Of a stretch of 64,000 bases of DNA, positions 13,612-27,015 are shown in pieces. Made by a program: the position numbers and the translations under genes. The notes under the pieces were generated by a model. The model had not been told where the DNA came from and did not search any database. It was given only the letters and a program-made list of their open reading frames with translations. This DNA is from Octopus sinensis (taxonomy: Eukaryota), in NCBI RefSeq assembly GCF_006345805.1, contig NC_043012.1, positions 3,906,001-3,970,000 on the forward strand, in the 5' to 3' direction. How positions within the stretch are numbered: position 1 is the stretch's first letter; the number at the start of each line of letters is the position of its first letter.

Positions 13612-14437
13612 TGTCTGCTGGTCAAGGACATACTAATCATTATCAGGTACAGGATACAAAGTATCATAAATTAAGTACCAGTTGCGTACTGAGGGTCAAT
13701 GTAATCGACTTAATCCCTTTGTCTGTCCTTGTTTGTCCCTTCTATGTTTAGCCCCTTTTGGGCAATAAAGAAATAATGCAATAACAACTCTCTCTGAGAC
13801 AAAGCACCAAATTCAGTTTCTTATAGAGTCATTGGTACAGGAATTTTCTAGAACTAACATGTATACATTTGACTCTCATTGGTTCAAAGTGGAAGACACA
13901 TGAATTGCATGCAATTGAATGTGACAATGGAAAATAAATCAACTGCCATATAAACACATTCACACACACACACATTATTAGTTGTATTCCAGATGCCTTG
14001 TCTGAGCCCGTTGAGGGAGCAGATGGTCGTGTCTACAGAATACTGAACAATGAGCTAAGTGGTTGGGTTGATACTTTGTATCCTTATTTCTTTATTGCCA
14101 TAGGTCCCAGCAACAAGTTGGATGAATAGGGTGCTTCTTGGATTTAACCCAGTTGGACAGTTGACACCAAAAGGTAACCAGAGAGGAAGGTGAATCGCAC
14201 TTTGTTCCTCATATTGCAGTTCCCCATATTACAGTATCTTACAAGAACAATGAAATAACTACCAGACAAAGAATTGGAATTTATACAATTGACCACAAAC
14301 CTTTGAAGCAGTACCCCAGGATGGCCACAGTCCATGGACTGAAACCAGTAAAAAAGATAAAATAATAATATTCTAAAATAAAAGTGAAAACAAAATTAAA
14401 TACCATCACGAAAGATTTATAAGACTAGTGCACTTAC

Positions 14438-14530
14438 CAAAAGGCCGAATAACTATCACAGTCCATGCATACTGAATGTGCACGTGCATTGTCTTCTTCT
14501 TGGTGCTTCCTTGCATGACCATTAACATAT
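14438..14530 (-). CDS. USP3: USP3-like coding exon 3 (YVNGHARKHQEEDNARAHSVCMDCDSYSAFC)
   Basis: A long pyrimidine tract leads into ttctcag|ATATGTT...TTTTG|gtaagt, 93 nt, phase 2-2. It matches USP3 RYVNGHAKKH...HTVCMDCSSYSTYC as recalled. Confidence 0.93.
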
Positions 14531-14631
14531 CTGAGAAGAAAGAACACAAGACGAAAATGAGGAAAATATACAAATAAAGAAGAAAAAGAAGACAAACAGC
14601 AGTATCAGACATATATTCTTTTGTTGTTTTT

Positions 14632-14998
14632 TTTCTTTCTTTTACTAGTTTTAGTCATTAGATTGCAGCCAAGGATTTTAGTCAATCGAATTGACCCTGG
14701 TACTTATTCTATCAGTATCTTTTGTCTAACTGCTAAGTTACAGGGATGTAAACACACCAACACTGATTTTCAAGAAGTGGTGGAGGGCAAACACCAGATA
14801 CAAAAATACACACAGATAATATACACACATATATACATATGTATATAAGACAGGCTTCTTTAAGTTTCCGTCTATCAAATCTACACACAAGGCTTTGGTC
14901 AGCCCAAAGCTATAATAGAAAACACTTGCCCAAGGGGACTGAACCCAGCACCATGATGTTGGGAAGCAAGTTTCTTACCAGACAGCCACTCCTGCACC
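14632..14998 (-). mobile_element. SINE family A
   Basis: Collinear with family A; about 100 bp from the exon 3 acceptor. Confidence 0.8.
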
Positions 14999-15136
14999 TA
15001 TAATATATATTCTATATAAAATTTACATATTGAAGCAACTGTGGAAGCTCTCCCAAAATAGTAACAATTGTTGTAATAGTAGTAGTGTAAGGAAGGGAAG
15101 GGAGCATTTAAGTGTGGGTGGTTGTTAGTGGTGTGA

Positions 15137-15183
15137 CAGTGGTGGTGGTAGTAGTAGTAGTAGTGGTGGTGGTGGTGGTGGTG

Positions 15184-15219
<36 letters not shown>

Positions 15220-15220
15220 A
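15137..15220. repeat. (GTA/GTG)n low-complexity tract
   Basis: Directly visible; it produces the spurious His/Tyr/Pro-rich ORFs. Confidence 0.9.
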
Positions 15221-16361
15221 GCAGAGGAGCAGCAGTAGTAATGGCAATGAAAAATCAAATTCAATAGTTGTGATGGTGATGGTGGAAACCCTGCCTCCAT
15301 CCCCAAACAAAGCAATGGGAAGGCGGTTGTAAACACACACTGGGAGCAGGAGTAGAGATGTTGACAGATATGAAGAAGTCAAAAAGGCTGTCACCAGTGT
15401 GCAAAGTGATAAAATATATGCAGCTAAGCCCAGGGGAGGTCAAGTTCTGGTTTCTCTACAGACGTTTGGTGAATTAACCACATAGACATTAATATATACC
15501 TTGCCTGTACAAGCCAATGAAGGATCCTCTATATGTTCACTCAACCTGCTAGAAATAACAGCAGAATCTCCCTTGTGCCCTATATTACACAGCTATTCTC
15601 TACCATACACATTCTATCTTTTCATTAAACATGCCACATTGAAATATTCAATCACAGTGCAGGCAGCTAAGACAATTATTTCCTCTATTTTATTTTTGGT
15701 GCAGGCGTGGCCGTGTGGTAAGAAGTTTGCTTCCCAACCACATGGTTCTGGGTTCAGTCCCACTGCATGGCACCTTGAGCAAGCATCTTCTACTATAGCC
15801 TTGATCTGACGAAAGCCTTGTTAGTGGATTTGGTAGATGGAAACTGGAAGAAACTAATGATTCTACCAGCTTGCCACCTTATGATATAACATAATACAAT
15901 ATAGTATAATATTTCAAATTTTGGCACAAGGATAGCAATTTTGAATGGAGAGGAAGTCAATTAAATCATCCCCAGTACTTGACTGGTACTTTATTTTATC
16001 TACCTAAAAAGATGAAAAGTAAAATTGATCTTAGTGGTGGTATTTGAATCCAAATATAATATTGGGTGTCACGTAACCAGCACCTGTGCCAGTGGCATGT
16101 AAAAGCAACATAGAGTGGTTGGCGCTAGGAATAGTATCCAACGCATGCCAGCATCGAAAGTGGATATTAAATGATGATGATGAATTTAAAACAATGTTGG
16201 AAAAAAAAAAAACTATATCTGAAAAATGGAATTGTCAGTTTGGAATGGAGGAAGGGGTAACTTTTGATCAGGAGTTTACTCATCAGAGTTGACCCGGAGT
16301 GAAACAACAACTACAACAAACTTACTGTTAGCATGCATATGTGCAATGAATGTACATGCAT

Positions 16362-16399
<38 letters not shown>

Positions 16400-17566
16400 G
16401 CAAGAGTATACGTGTATCTGTGTATCTTGAAAATAAAAACTGAATGGGTGTAAAACAACTTTTTAAAACATATCATTAATTCTCCATACTGGCACACATG
16501 GTTGGAGATGGGAGGGGGGGGGGGCTCAACTTGCAACAATTTGACCTGGTGATAAATGATGACTGTTGAGCCACAATAGTAGTAGTAGTAGTGGTGGTGG
16601 TGGTGGTGGCAGTGATAGCATAGGTTTTACAATATTTTTTTTTTTTAGCTAAGTCAGAAGAGAGAGGGCCGTCCTCACCCAGGACCCTTTTGAAGGGTTT
16701 GTGGGCAACTGAGGGGAAGGAAGAGGAGAGTGGGGAAGGAAGGAAGGAAGGAAGGAAGAGACTATGACTCCACAGTGGAATTGCTGCAAGTAGAAAAAGC
16801 AGCAACATGTTACCATGTTGACACTGAGTTTTCCTCTGACCTAGAAACATGGTCTGAAGACCGGCAACAAAGTGAATTCCAATAAAAATGGTCAAGGACC
16901 AACCAGATGGTGGTGTTAAACCAGGCAAACTGGTGAAGATTACTACAAGTAGTAGTTTTGGTGGCTGTAGTAGTTATGATGGTAGTAGTAGTAGTAGTAG
17001 TGGTGGTGGCAGTAGTATTGGTGGTGGTGGTAACAGCAGTGACAGTGGTGGTGGTCGTAAATGGATTTCTATCAGATGTGGGGAGGTTGATGATAAATGC
17101 TTGTTTGATCAACTGAGCTACTTTCCAACTGAATCAGCATGTAAGTGGTTGAGTATTCCACAGACACATGTACCCTTAATGTAATCTGTAAGCAGAATTG
17201 GCATGGCACAATGTGAGAGAGAGAGAGAGAAAGCAAGAGAGAGAGAGGGGGGAGAGAAAGAGAAAAAGCAAAAAAGGGGGGAGAGAGAGAAAGAAGCTGG
17301 ATCTTTGAATTACATCTACACCCCATCCTATGGCCTTTCACAGTTTCCATTTTTCCAATAAAATTTGGGTCATGCTGTGCAGTGGTATTGAACCCAGGAC
17401 CTTGCTAATTGCAAAGTGAACTCCTTAGCCATTCAGCAATGCTGTGTTGACAACCAAGTACATCAACCACATTTCAAGTATTCTTTTCCATACTTCTGCT
17501 CCTGAATGCCTGTTGTACACCAAATTCTCTACTCAAGCGTCAACACAGGTGCTCAACCTATTAAAA

Positions 17567-17710
17567 ATAGCAGCAGAATCTCCCTCAAATCTTACCCCAC
17601 TGACTTATTAAAGATGGATGGTCATGGCAGGAATGTTTTTCATAAAAGGTTTGCTTGACAACACTTGACCTGGGGGCCAAGCATAACACACGCACATACA
17701 GACACAGATA

Positions 17711-17744
<34 letters not shown>

Positions 17745-17887
17745 TAGCAGCAGAATCTCCCTCAAATCTTACCCCACTGACTTATTAAAGATGGATGGTC
17801 ATGGCAGGAATGTTTTTCATAAAAGGTTTGCTTGACAACACTTGACCTGGGGGCCAAGCATAACACACGCACATACAGACACAGATA

Positions 17888-17922
<35 letters not shown>

Positions 17923-18062
17923 CAGCAGAATCTCCCTCAAATCTTACCCCACTGACTTATTAAAGATGGATGGTCATGGCAGGAATGTTTTTCATAAAAG
18001 GCTTGCTTGACAACACTTGACCTGGGGGCCAAGCAAACACACGCACATACAGACACAGATAG

Positions 18063-18082
<20 letters not shown>
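17567..18082 (+). repeat. Recent tandem triplication, unit about 175-177 bp (family F fragment plus (CA)n)
   Basis: Three near-identical units start at 17567, 17744 and 17919. Confidence 0.9.
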
Positions 18083-18096
<14 letters not shown>

Positions 18097-18540
18097 AAAC
18101 AAAAACAAAATCAAAACACAAAACAAAAAGACATCTAAAAGTATTTAAATGTATTTTTAACTGCTTCTTTCCTGCAACTTGATTTGATGGCCAAAATGTT
18201 AAAACTGTTGTATTTACAAAATCTGCCCTCCCTCCCTCCCTCTCTTCTTCTCTCCCTCCAGCCACTCTGAACAGGCTGTTGGTAATCAATCATTATCCTA
18301 TCAATAAGAAGCAGGCAGCAGCATATGGTCAGAGCCAAGGAAACAGGAATTACCAGATCTACAGACTGATAAATATGCAGGTGCTTATCAATCAGTTGTC
18401 TGTAATTACTGCCAGGGTAAAAGCAGAGTAGATTAGGGCAAGGCATGGAATGTGGGAGAGGTAGGAGCAGGATAGAATAGTCAAACAGTAATGGAGTGTG
18501 TGTGGGGGAGGGAGAAGACAAGAAGAGAAATATGGGAGAG

Positions 18541-18588
<48 letters not shown>

Positions 18589-19448
18589 AGACAATTACAG
18601 ATAAAGCATAGTGTGTGAGAAAGGCAGGGAGGAACAGAGAGCCAAGAAACTGCAAGTGGGGAGCAAAAGGTAAGGGGTAAAAGAGGGAGGGGAAGAGCAG
18701 AGGAAAAAAGCAAGAAATGGGAGATAAAGGGAGGGAAGAAAAACACAGAAAGGGACACACAGAGAGAAAGAAATAGACTGACTGACAAGAGGACCTGTAA
18801 AGGCCTTTAGCTCTGCTCCTTCCTCAAGACCCCCTGGATGGAAGGAACCTATGTAAACCCACCATAGATACATTCTATAGGTGATAACTAGATGTGTTCA
18901 GTATGGAAAACACATAGTAGTAGTGATCAAGTGAATTTGAACTTTTAAACTCCAAATTCTTAATTCAGAATTATGTCCACGGCATCAAGAGTGGCTACAA
19001 GAGAAATCCAAGACAAGCTGCTATGGTGATAGTAATGCAGATAAACACAATTAAGCTTCACACACACACACAAAGACTGATACATATATCCAGAAAGATA
19101 AATTCATACATACATTATGTGTGTGTGTATATGAGTTTATCTTTCTGTATATATGTAGATATGTGTTTATGTGTATGTGTGTGTGTATACATATATATAT
19201 GTCAATCCTAATTGTGTTTATCTGCATTACAACCTATGTACATACATGAATACAAACACACATACATGGAAGGTGTTTGTGTTTATGCTTACGTCAGTTA
19301 AAACTAGCTTTGTATCTATGTTGAGTAAATTAACAGTTGACAAAATCAGCTACATATCGAAATAAGTACTAGCTTAGATCTTATCTACTAATCCTGAAAG
19401 TGATGTTCCAACACAGACAGACCAGTCACTGAAAGTGGTATATACATA

Positions 19449-19532
<84 letters not shown>

Positions 19533-19803
19533 TAAATATACACATATCATTACTATTATGTTAAACTGTCATATGTTCAAATTTGGCCAAATGCATTTTT
19601 TTTAAATATTTATTTTCACTTGCAATAACCAGTTCTTTTGGTCAAACTACCATATCTCCAGCTGCTTCAGGTGCCAAGATATGAAAATTGTCAAAGTGTA
19701 GTACAATGGTTTTGCTATAGAATGGTGAAACTATTTTTTCGTTTTCTGTAAAAAAAAACACACAAAAAAAAAAACACGCTTCACAATTTCACATAATAGC
19801 AAC

Positions 19804-19834
<31 letters not shown>

Positions 19835-20536
19835 TATATATATATATATACACACTCACCTACAATTAACATAGACAGCTGTGTGCAATGTGTTACCTAA
19901 TTGACACTTGGATTTGGTAGATGGAAACTGAAAGAAGCTTGCTGTATGTATATATATATATATATATATATCATATGTGTGTTTATGTGTGTGTGAGTAT
20001 GTGTTTGTCCCACCCACACTTTGACAACCAGTGTTTGTGTGTTTACATCTCTGTAACTAAGTGGTTTGGCAAAAAGAGACCAATATAATAAGTACCAGAC
20101 TTGAAAATAACAGGTACTGGGGTTGATTTGTTCAACTGAAATTCTTCAAGGCGGTGCTCCAGTATGGCTGCAGTCAAATGACTGAAACAACTACAAGATG
20201 AAAGATATCTCAAACAACATTATAGTATCTATGGAAAAAAAAAGAACCCTTTTGATATTATAGTTTCCAATTCACAATGCTTGAACAAAAAGACAAGATG
20301 ATCACTGCTAAAGTACTTTTGAATATAGATCTACTCAATCAAGACTGACCTGTGATAAATAACGATGGACAGTGTTTACAATCTCCTTCGTCTCCACTTT
20401 GTCATGGGACCAATTTCTTGTAAGAGAGGAGACGAATAAATTACTGGACTGACACCTGTATATTACAAGTACTTATTTATCAACCATAGAAAGGTGAAAA
20501 GCCTTTTATTATATTATAAAATGCAGTACCAAAATG

Positions 20537-20750
20537 TTAAGCCTTTAGCATTTAAGCCAACAATATCCAGCCCAAATATTTGGCCTGCTTTATGTTCAAA
20601 CTGGCCAGATACAGCCTCTTACACCTACCCTAAAAATAAACAATCACATCATCAAAATTTTGAAGCTATGAGATAGTGCATGACTATTTCAAGAAAATGT
20701 GAATAAATTAGCATTACAATTGACAGGGGAATATGAATACTAAAGGGTTA
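20537..20750. mobile_element. piggyBac-type MITE
   Basis: TTAA GCCTTTAGCATT...AATACTAAAGGG TTA. A second, more decayed copy lies at 13390-13611. Confidence 0.65.
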
Positions 20751-21142
20751 TGGCTTAAGCTCATTGTCAAACTATCTCAATGATCTGCTCTCTGTACAAA
20801 TCCAGCCAAAGTTGCTCTGGACTTTCATTTTTCTGGAGTCAATAAAATAGAGTTACCCAGTCAAAAGCTTAAGGGTCAATTTATCTGTGCCTTCCATACA
20901 AACTTTTGGGCTTACCTCAATGCTAAAAATCAATAGTCGGTAGATACAAAGGACCTGTAGCAGTTTGTTATAGTCTTTTCATTTTAAGTTCCATCATGCT
21001 CACATCAATTTTGTTATTTGTCTTCCCGGGGTTAATGAGAAAATAAAGTATCAATCAAGTGCTAGAATCAATTTCATATTGTTATAAAGTACCCTAAATG
21101 TGAAAGGAATTATAACTGGAAATAGAGACAATATTATTGAAA

Positions 21143-21525
21143 TCATGGCACTCCGTCAGTTACAATAACGAGAGTTCCAGTTGATCCAATCAACAGAACA
21201 CCCTGCTCATGAAATTAACGTGCAAGTGACTGAGCACTCCACAGACACGTGTACCCTTAACATAGTTCTCGGGGAGATTCAGCATGACACAGAGTGTGAC
21301 AAGGTTGCCCCTTTGAAATACAGGTACATCAGAAACAGGAAGAAAGAGTGAGAGAAAGTTGTGGTGGAAGAATACTGCAGAATTCACCACCACTTCCTGC
21401 CGGAGCCTTGTGGAGCTTTAGGTGTTTTTGCTCAATAAACACTCTCAACGCCCGGCCTGGGAATCAACACTGCGATCCTATGACCGCGAGTCCGATGCCC
21501 TAACCACTGGATCATTGCGCCTCCA
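21143..21525 (-). mobile_element. tRNA-derived SINE, family C head with a different tail (also 31179-31503)
   Basis: The minus strand reads TGGAGGCGCAATGATCCAGTGGTTAGGGCATCGGACTCGCGGTC..., and the tail is shared with 31179-31503. Confidence 0.75.
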
Positions 21526-24500
21526 CATTATTGAAATATTAAAGTTATGAACAGTGGTTAGGTTAGCAGTTATGGTGTTGGACTCATGATTCAATGATTG
21601 TGGTTTTCATTCCTGGACCAGGTGATGTGTTGTGTTCTTGAGCAAAATACTTCATCTCGTGTTGCTCCAATCCACTCCACTGGTAAAAATGAGTAATCCT
21701 GTAATGGACAGGGGTTCCATTCATAGAGGAATATACACACCAGAGACACCAGCCCTATCTATGCTCCTTATAGAGTAATGAAGATTAACCAAGATGATGA
21801 GCAACAAATACTGTGTAGTGTTTAATTACATTTTTTACCTCCAATACCATCAACATTGACTTCAAATTTCAAGCTAAGAAGATGTAACTCAGAACAGCCA
21901 CAACTCTTTCTCTCTCCTACCCTTCTACTTTTCCAACTGGGCCAGCCATACTTCTTCTCTATTTGGTAGACACCTGTTTCTGTCCTACAGTTCATAATCC
22001 AACCTCTCATCACCTAGCACAGAACCACCTCCCTCAATTCTACTCCTTCTTTCAGCTGAATATGTCTTGTCTTCCAAGTTATTTAGTGGCCAGGCGGTAA
22101 CTTGATCCTAGTGCCACATAAAAGCACCCAGTCCGCTCTGTAAAGTTGTTGCTGTTAGGAAGGGAATACAGCCACAAAAAAAAAACCATGCCAAAGCAGG
22201 CGGTAGAGCTGAGTGCTGACCTCTGGTTTGCCAGACCCTGTCAAACCATTCAACCCATGCCAGCATGGAAAATGGACATTAAATAGCAATGATGATGATG
22301 GTGATGATGAAGTCATTTTACTCACTAATTTTCTGGTTGAAGTGATGAAGACGACTGAGTCAACAGAGAAATAAAACAACAACATTTAATAACATTTATT
22401 TCTCTCTCTCTCTCGGCTCCATATTGAAATGTTGCTTAAGTGTAAACACTACACTTCCTTTCTTCTTGCGTCAATAAAAATAAGTTCTAGAAATACATTG
22501 GAGTCATCACATTCAATCCCGTACACTCCTTCGTTTCAATAATTAATATTGAGACTAAATAAGAAATCAATAAAGATGTTGTATGTTTTTATTATTTTTT
22601 AAGAATAGTTCATTTTAACACCCACTTTCTCCATGCTTATTAACCCATGCAACTATGGATGTTAAAACGATGACGTAAAATTGAATTTTTCACTTAGCAA
22701 CATAACTGGTTTCAAGGGCACCTCTGTGCAGTTGCTTCACATGCCAGAAATAGTAGTTATCATTTTAGAAGAGGAAAACACAGTGGATAATGTGGTCATA
22801 GTGCAGAGTGCCTAGGAAAAAAATGTGATGGGCATGGCTGGAATATCTTTATCACAAGTCTGATCGATTTAAGTTGACCTAGAACTAAACTACCACGTAA
22901 TGGATTTTATTACAGTTATATTTAAATTAATTATTGAATTTGAAAATAAATTCCAAAGAACATATTTTCAATTATATCTATTATATATAAATGTAAAATT
23001 CTAATTTATCTCATTTGCTTGTTTTTCATTCTTAATCACATTCTAATTAAAGTTTTAACTTCAAAGAAATTTTTGGAAATCTATTTTAATCATCACCAGG
23101 AATGATAATCAAACTTCTTTTAATAAGTATTTATTTTCTTCTGGCAGAATAAAAGGCCAAGTTTGTAACATGCATGAAGCTGATTGAAGTAACACTAGCT
23201 AATTACTGGCATTTCTTTTACCATCAGTAGAAAAACTTGAACTCAGAATGGTATGGTGTAGATATTAGGATACAGTAAAGTATTTGATCAAATGCTCAGT
23301 TCTCTAAGCCAGCATTCTCCAGCCTTTTTCATACTATGAACCGGTTTCACGCAAGACAATTTTCCCATAAACTGGGGTATCACCTTAGAGACTGTGATAG
23401 TCAATAAAACAGAAATAAAATTTTAAAATCTATTCTTTCTGTGTAAAAAATGATAAAGACCCCGCTTCAGTCACAAATGACCATGGGATTGCATCTAGAA
23501 AGTTCCTCTCAAAGGCAAAAGGCCAAAGTTAAAAATTTTTTTTTTATAGAAGACCGGCAGTCATCCATACATACCAGTCTTCCCTTTCCATGCCACCAAT
23601 GTTGACCCAGCATCAAATGATCTATGACTTGGTGTTGGAGGCCCCTATTCTAGGCTAGTGTTTCTTAAAATTTTGGGCATAGGTATGACTGTGATAAGAA
23701 GCTTGTTTCATAACCACCAGACTTGAGCAAAGCTTTGTGAGTGGATTTGGTCAATGGAAATGAAAGAAACCCATCATACATATATCTATATCTATGTGTG
23801 TGTGCATGTTTATGTACCCCAGCACCACTTGATAACTGGTGTTGGTGTGTTTATGTCCCTGTAACTTAGCAGTTTGGCAATAGAAACTGATAAAATAAGT
23901 ACCAGGCTTTAGATAAGTACTGAGGTTGATTCATTTGACTAAAAATTCTCCAAGATGATGCCCCAGCATGACCATAGTCTAATGACTGAATAAGTAAAAC
24001 ATAACCACCCCGCTTTCTTTTACACTTTTGTAATAATCCGTTGCCATAAGTCAGTAAAATTTCACATACACACACACATCAAGATATTACAAAACACTAC
24101 AAGTGCAGGGACTACCTTTATTGTATATTCGGAAACACCCACAAATTTTAGCAGTCTTTTAAATTATGTTGGCCAGTGTACTGAGCATTGCAGGAAAGGC
24201 AAAAGCTTTTAAATAATATCTTTGTTTACAATTTACAAGGATAGATGCAGTCATTATATATTTGATTTGGTTTTTGTTTATATATTTAGTGATTTAGTGA
24301 CATTTCAAAGTCTATTGACACTGTTGATATTTGTCTTTGTTATTGTTATTTATTGTTAATCTGATTGTGGCTAACAAGCAATTTATCATACTATGTGTAA
24401 AAATACATATTTTCTTAAAGCTAACATTTAAACTGGAAACAAAGACAAAAGAAAACTGCACAGATATGTTTATAACCCACCTATCACTCTTTTTGTTACC

Positions 24501-25606
24501 ATCAAATATATGTATATATAAAATTTTCCACTGCCTGCTAGGGCTCTGGATCATTACTAATCCCACATCACTCTCCATTTTTTTTAAAACTTAATTTAAT
24601 ATTTATTATCCAGTAATGTGCTAGCCTAATTTATAACTGCTTTATCTGGCAACTAACCTGTGTTATTGACTAAAGAAAGAAGGCAAGTATGTATTCTCTG
24701 AAGAATGGCCAATAAACTATGAAACAGTCCATCAGGAGACTCCTCAACTCTTTTTCCATACATCAACAGCATAAAAAGAATGTTTACATTCTTAGTTGAC
24801 TCACAAGATTTTGTAATATATAGATTTATTCCAGATCTAATTTATACTATATTACGCATAAAATAGTTTTTAATTAATGACAAGCAGTTCAAATAAGCAC
24901 AAATATGCAAATTAGGCTATTCACTAATGAGCTAGCCATATTCATAACTGAATAATACAGCAGCCAACATGTATTGACATGTGATGGAAGCAAAGTATGT
25001 CTTATCTGTGGAGTGCTCAACAAATCATGAAACAGTCTGTCAGGAGACTCCCTACCACATTGATTCTTTATACCAATAGCATAGAAAGTGTGCGTTTCAC
25101 CCTCTGTGAGGTTTTGTAATATCTTCTGACTTATGCTGTGTTCTGCATAAAATAGATATTTATTATAATATTCATTTGTTTGTTTTGTGTCTGTTTTTAC
25201 ATGCTAGTTTGGGTTGGACAAATATATATTAACAAAACGTTGGTTTATAGCCAGATACACTTCCTGTCACAAACTCTTACCTGTTTATCAAGAGATTTTA
25301 TCCTTATTCCGACCGTCTTTGCCAATTTTGTTGACAGGGTGTGTCAACAAACATTTATTTATTTAATGCATCTTTACATTAAACACAGAATATAAACACT
25401 TTTATAAAAAGACACACACACACACACACACACATATATGTATATACACCTAGATATACATCAATATCTGTCTGTCTGCGCGTATGTATACCCTTACACA
25501 CACATACATGTGTGTGTGTGTGTGTATAGTCATGACTGTGTGGTAAGAAGCTTGCTTCCCAACCACATGGTTCTAGATTCAGTCCCAGTGAAAGAAGCCC
25601 ATTGTG

Positions 25607-25639
<33 letters not shown>

Positions 25640-25709
25640 ATGTATGTATGTATGTATGTGTGTGTGTGTGTGTGCGTATGTATAATAAAAGATAAAATAT
25701 ACATATTTA

Positions 25710-27015
25710 CAGGGTGCAGTGAATAAACTGTTGTCTAAATTATGCAAAAATGAAAATAACACTAACATCTCATTTTAGCAGATATATTTACCAAAATCAC
25801 ACAAAAATATCTTGAAATACTAAAAAGTAAGTTTATTCAATAAAATCGCCATTGGCTTCAATAACGGCCTCCAGACAACTTCCAAATCTCCTGCCACTCT
25901 TCTAGATGGTCTCCTTGTTTAAGTTGGTGAATACTGCAATAATCCTTGCCTTCAGTTCGTCTTTGGTGTTACAAGGAGTTTTTTTGGCCTCTCACTCAAC
26001 TGCACCCCACACACCATAATCAAGGGGGCTGCGATTTGGGGAATTAGGTGGCCAGATGTTAGGGAGGATGTGGTCACAGAAATTATCTGACAGCCATGAT
26101 TGGGTTCTCCTGCTTGTGTGACATGGTGCAGAGTCCTGTTGCTAGACATAGGGCCTTCCAGCAGCCACCCTCTTGAACCAGGGTAGCACTACCTCCTCCA
26201 GGTACCTGATGTAGGCCTCCATGTTGAGTCTGAGGCTGTGTGGGAAGATGTATGGAGGCATAATGTCACCATCACTAGTGATCACTCCAAACACCATGAT
26301 GTTGACTGGATGTTTGATTCTTATTACTCTTGGTACATGTTTTAGGGACACAGCAAGCCAACAGTTGTTCTGTGTGTTCCACCATCTAATCCTGGCAGAA
26401 ACTTTTCTCATCTGAGAAAAACCAAAGCATGTTTGGTTGGAGGGGAAGCTTGAGTTTGTTCAAAAGTTTTGTGGCATGGTCTTTCCTCTTGTTTTTGATG
26501 GCTTGGGATAAAAATTGGCCCTTTCTCACCTTGTATGAGGAATATCAAATATCTTCATGCACTACCTGCTTGATGAGAAACTCAGACACTCCTATGTCCC
26601 TGGTGATAGACCTGATTGACTTGGCGAGATCGTTGTCAATTATGGCCTGGATCTCACCAACAAATTCAGGAGTTCTTTTCTTATCAGAACAATCAGAGTG
26701 AGTTTTCCAAGCTGCTGTACCTTTGTAATCACCATTAGACTCATCCCACTCTTTGTGAATCCTTTGCACTGTCCTCAGATTTGACACCCAAACACTCTAA
26801 AGTGTTTGTACTGGAGCTTCTGGGATGAATGCCAAGCAGTACAGCATGTCGTTTCCAAATTAGTGGCAGAGCGAATTGCATCATGGTGTTGTTTTTCTCA
26901 CAGACAGTGCCCAACTGACCCTACTATACTGTGTAGTCAACAAAATCAAAAACAAACAATGAGTATTCACAAAATTAAATATATGAATTTGTGACAATTT
27001 ACCCATTGCACCCTG
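25710..27015 (-). mobile_element. Full-length dead Tc1/mariner, DD37D (maT-type)
   Basis: TA|CAGGGTGCA...TGCACCCTG|TA with imperfect TIRs. The transposase remnant at about 25833-26884 has WFFSDEK, QQDSAPCH and WPPNSPNRSPLDY, with 37 residues between the 2nd and 3rd Asp, plus several stops and a frameshift. Confidence 0.92.

Noticed and set aside
14998-18873. Long ORFs of 100-217 aa rich in His, Tyr, Thr, Pro and Leu
   Set aside because: Products of (GTA/GTG)n, (GA)n and (GT)n tracts with no domain signature.
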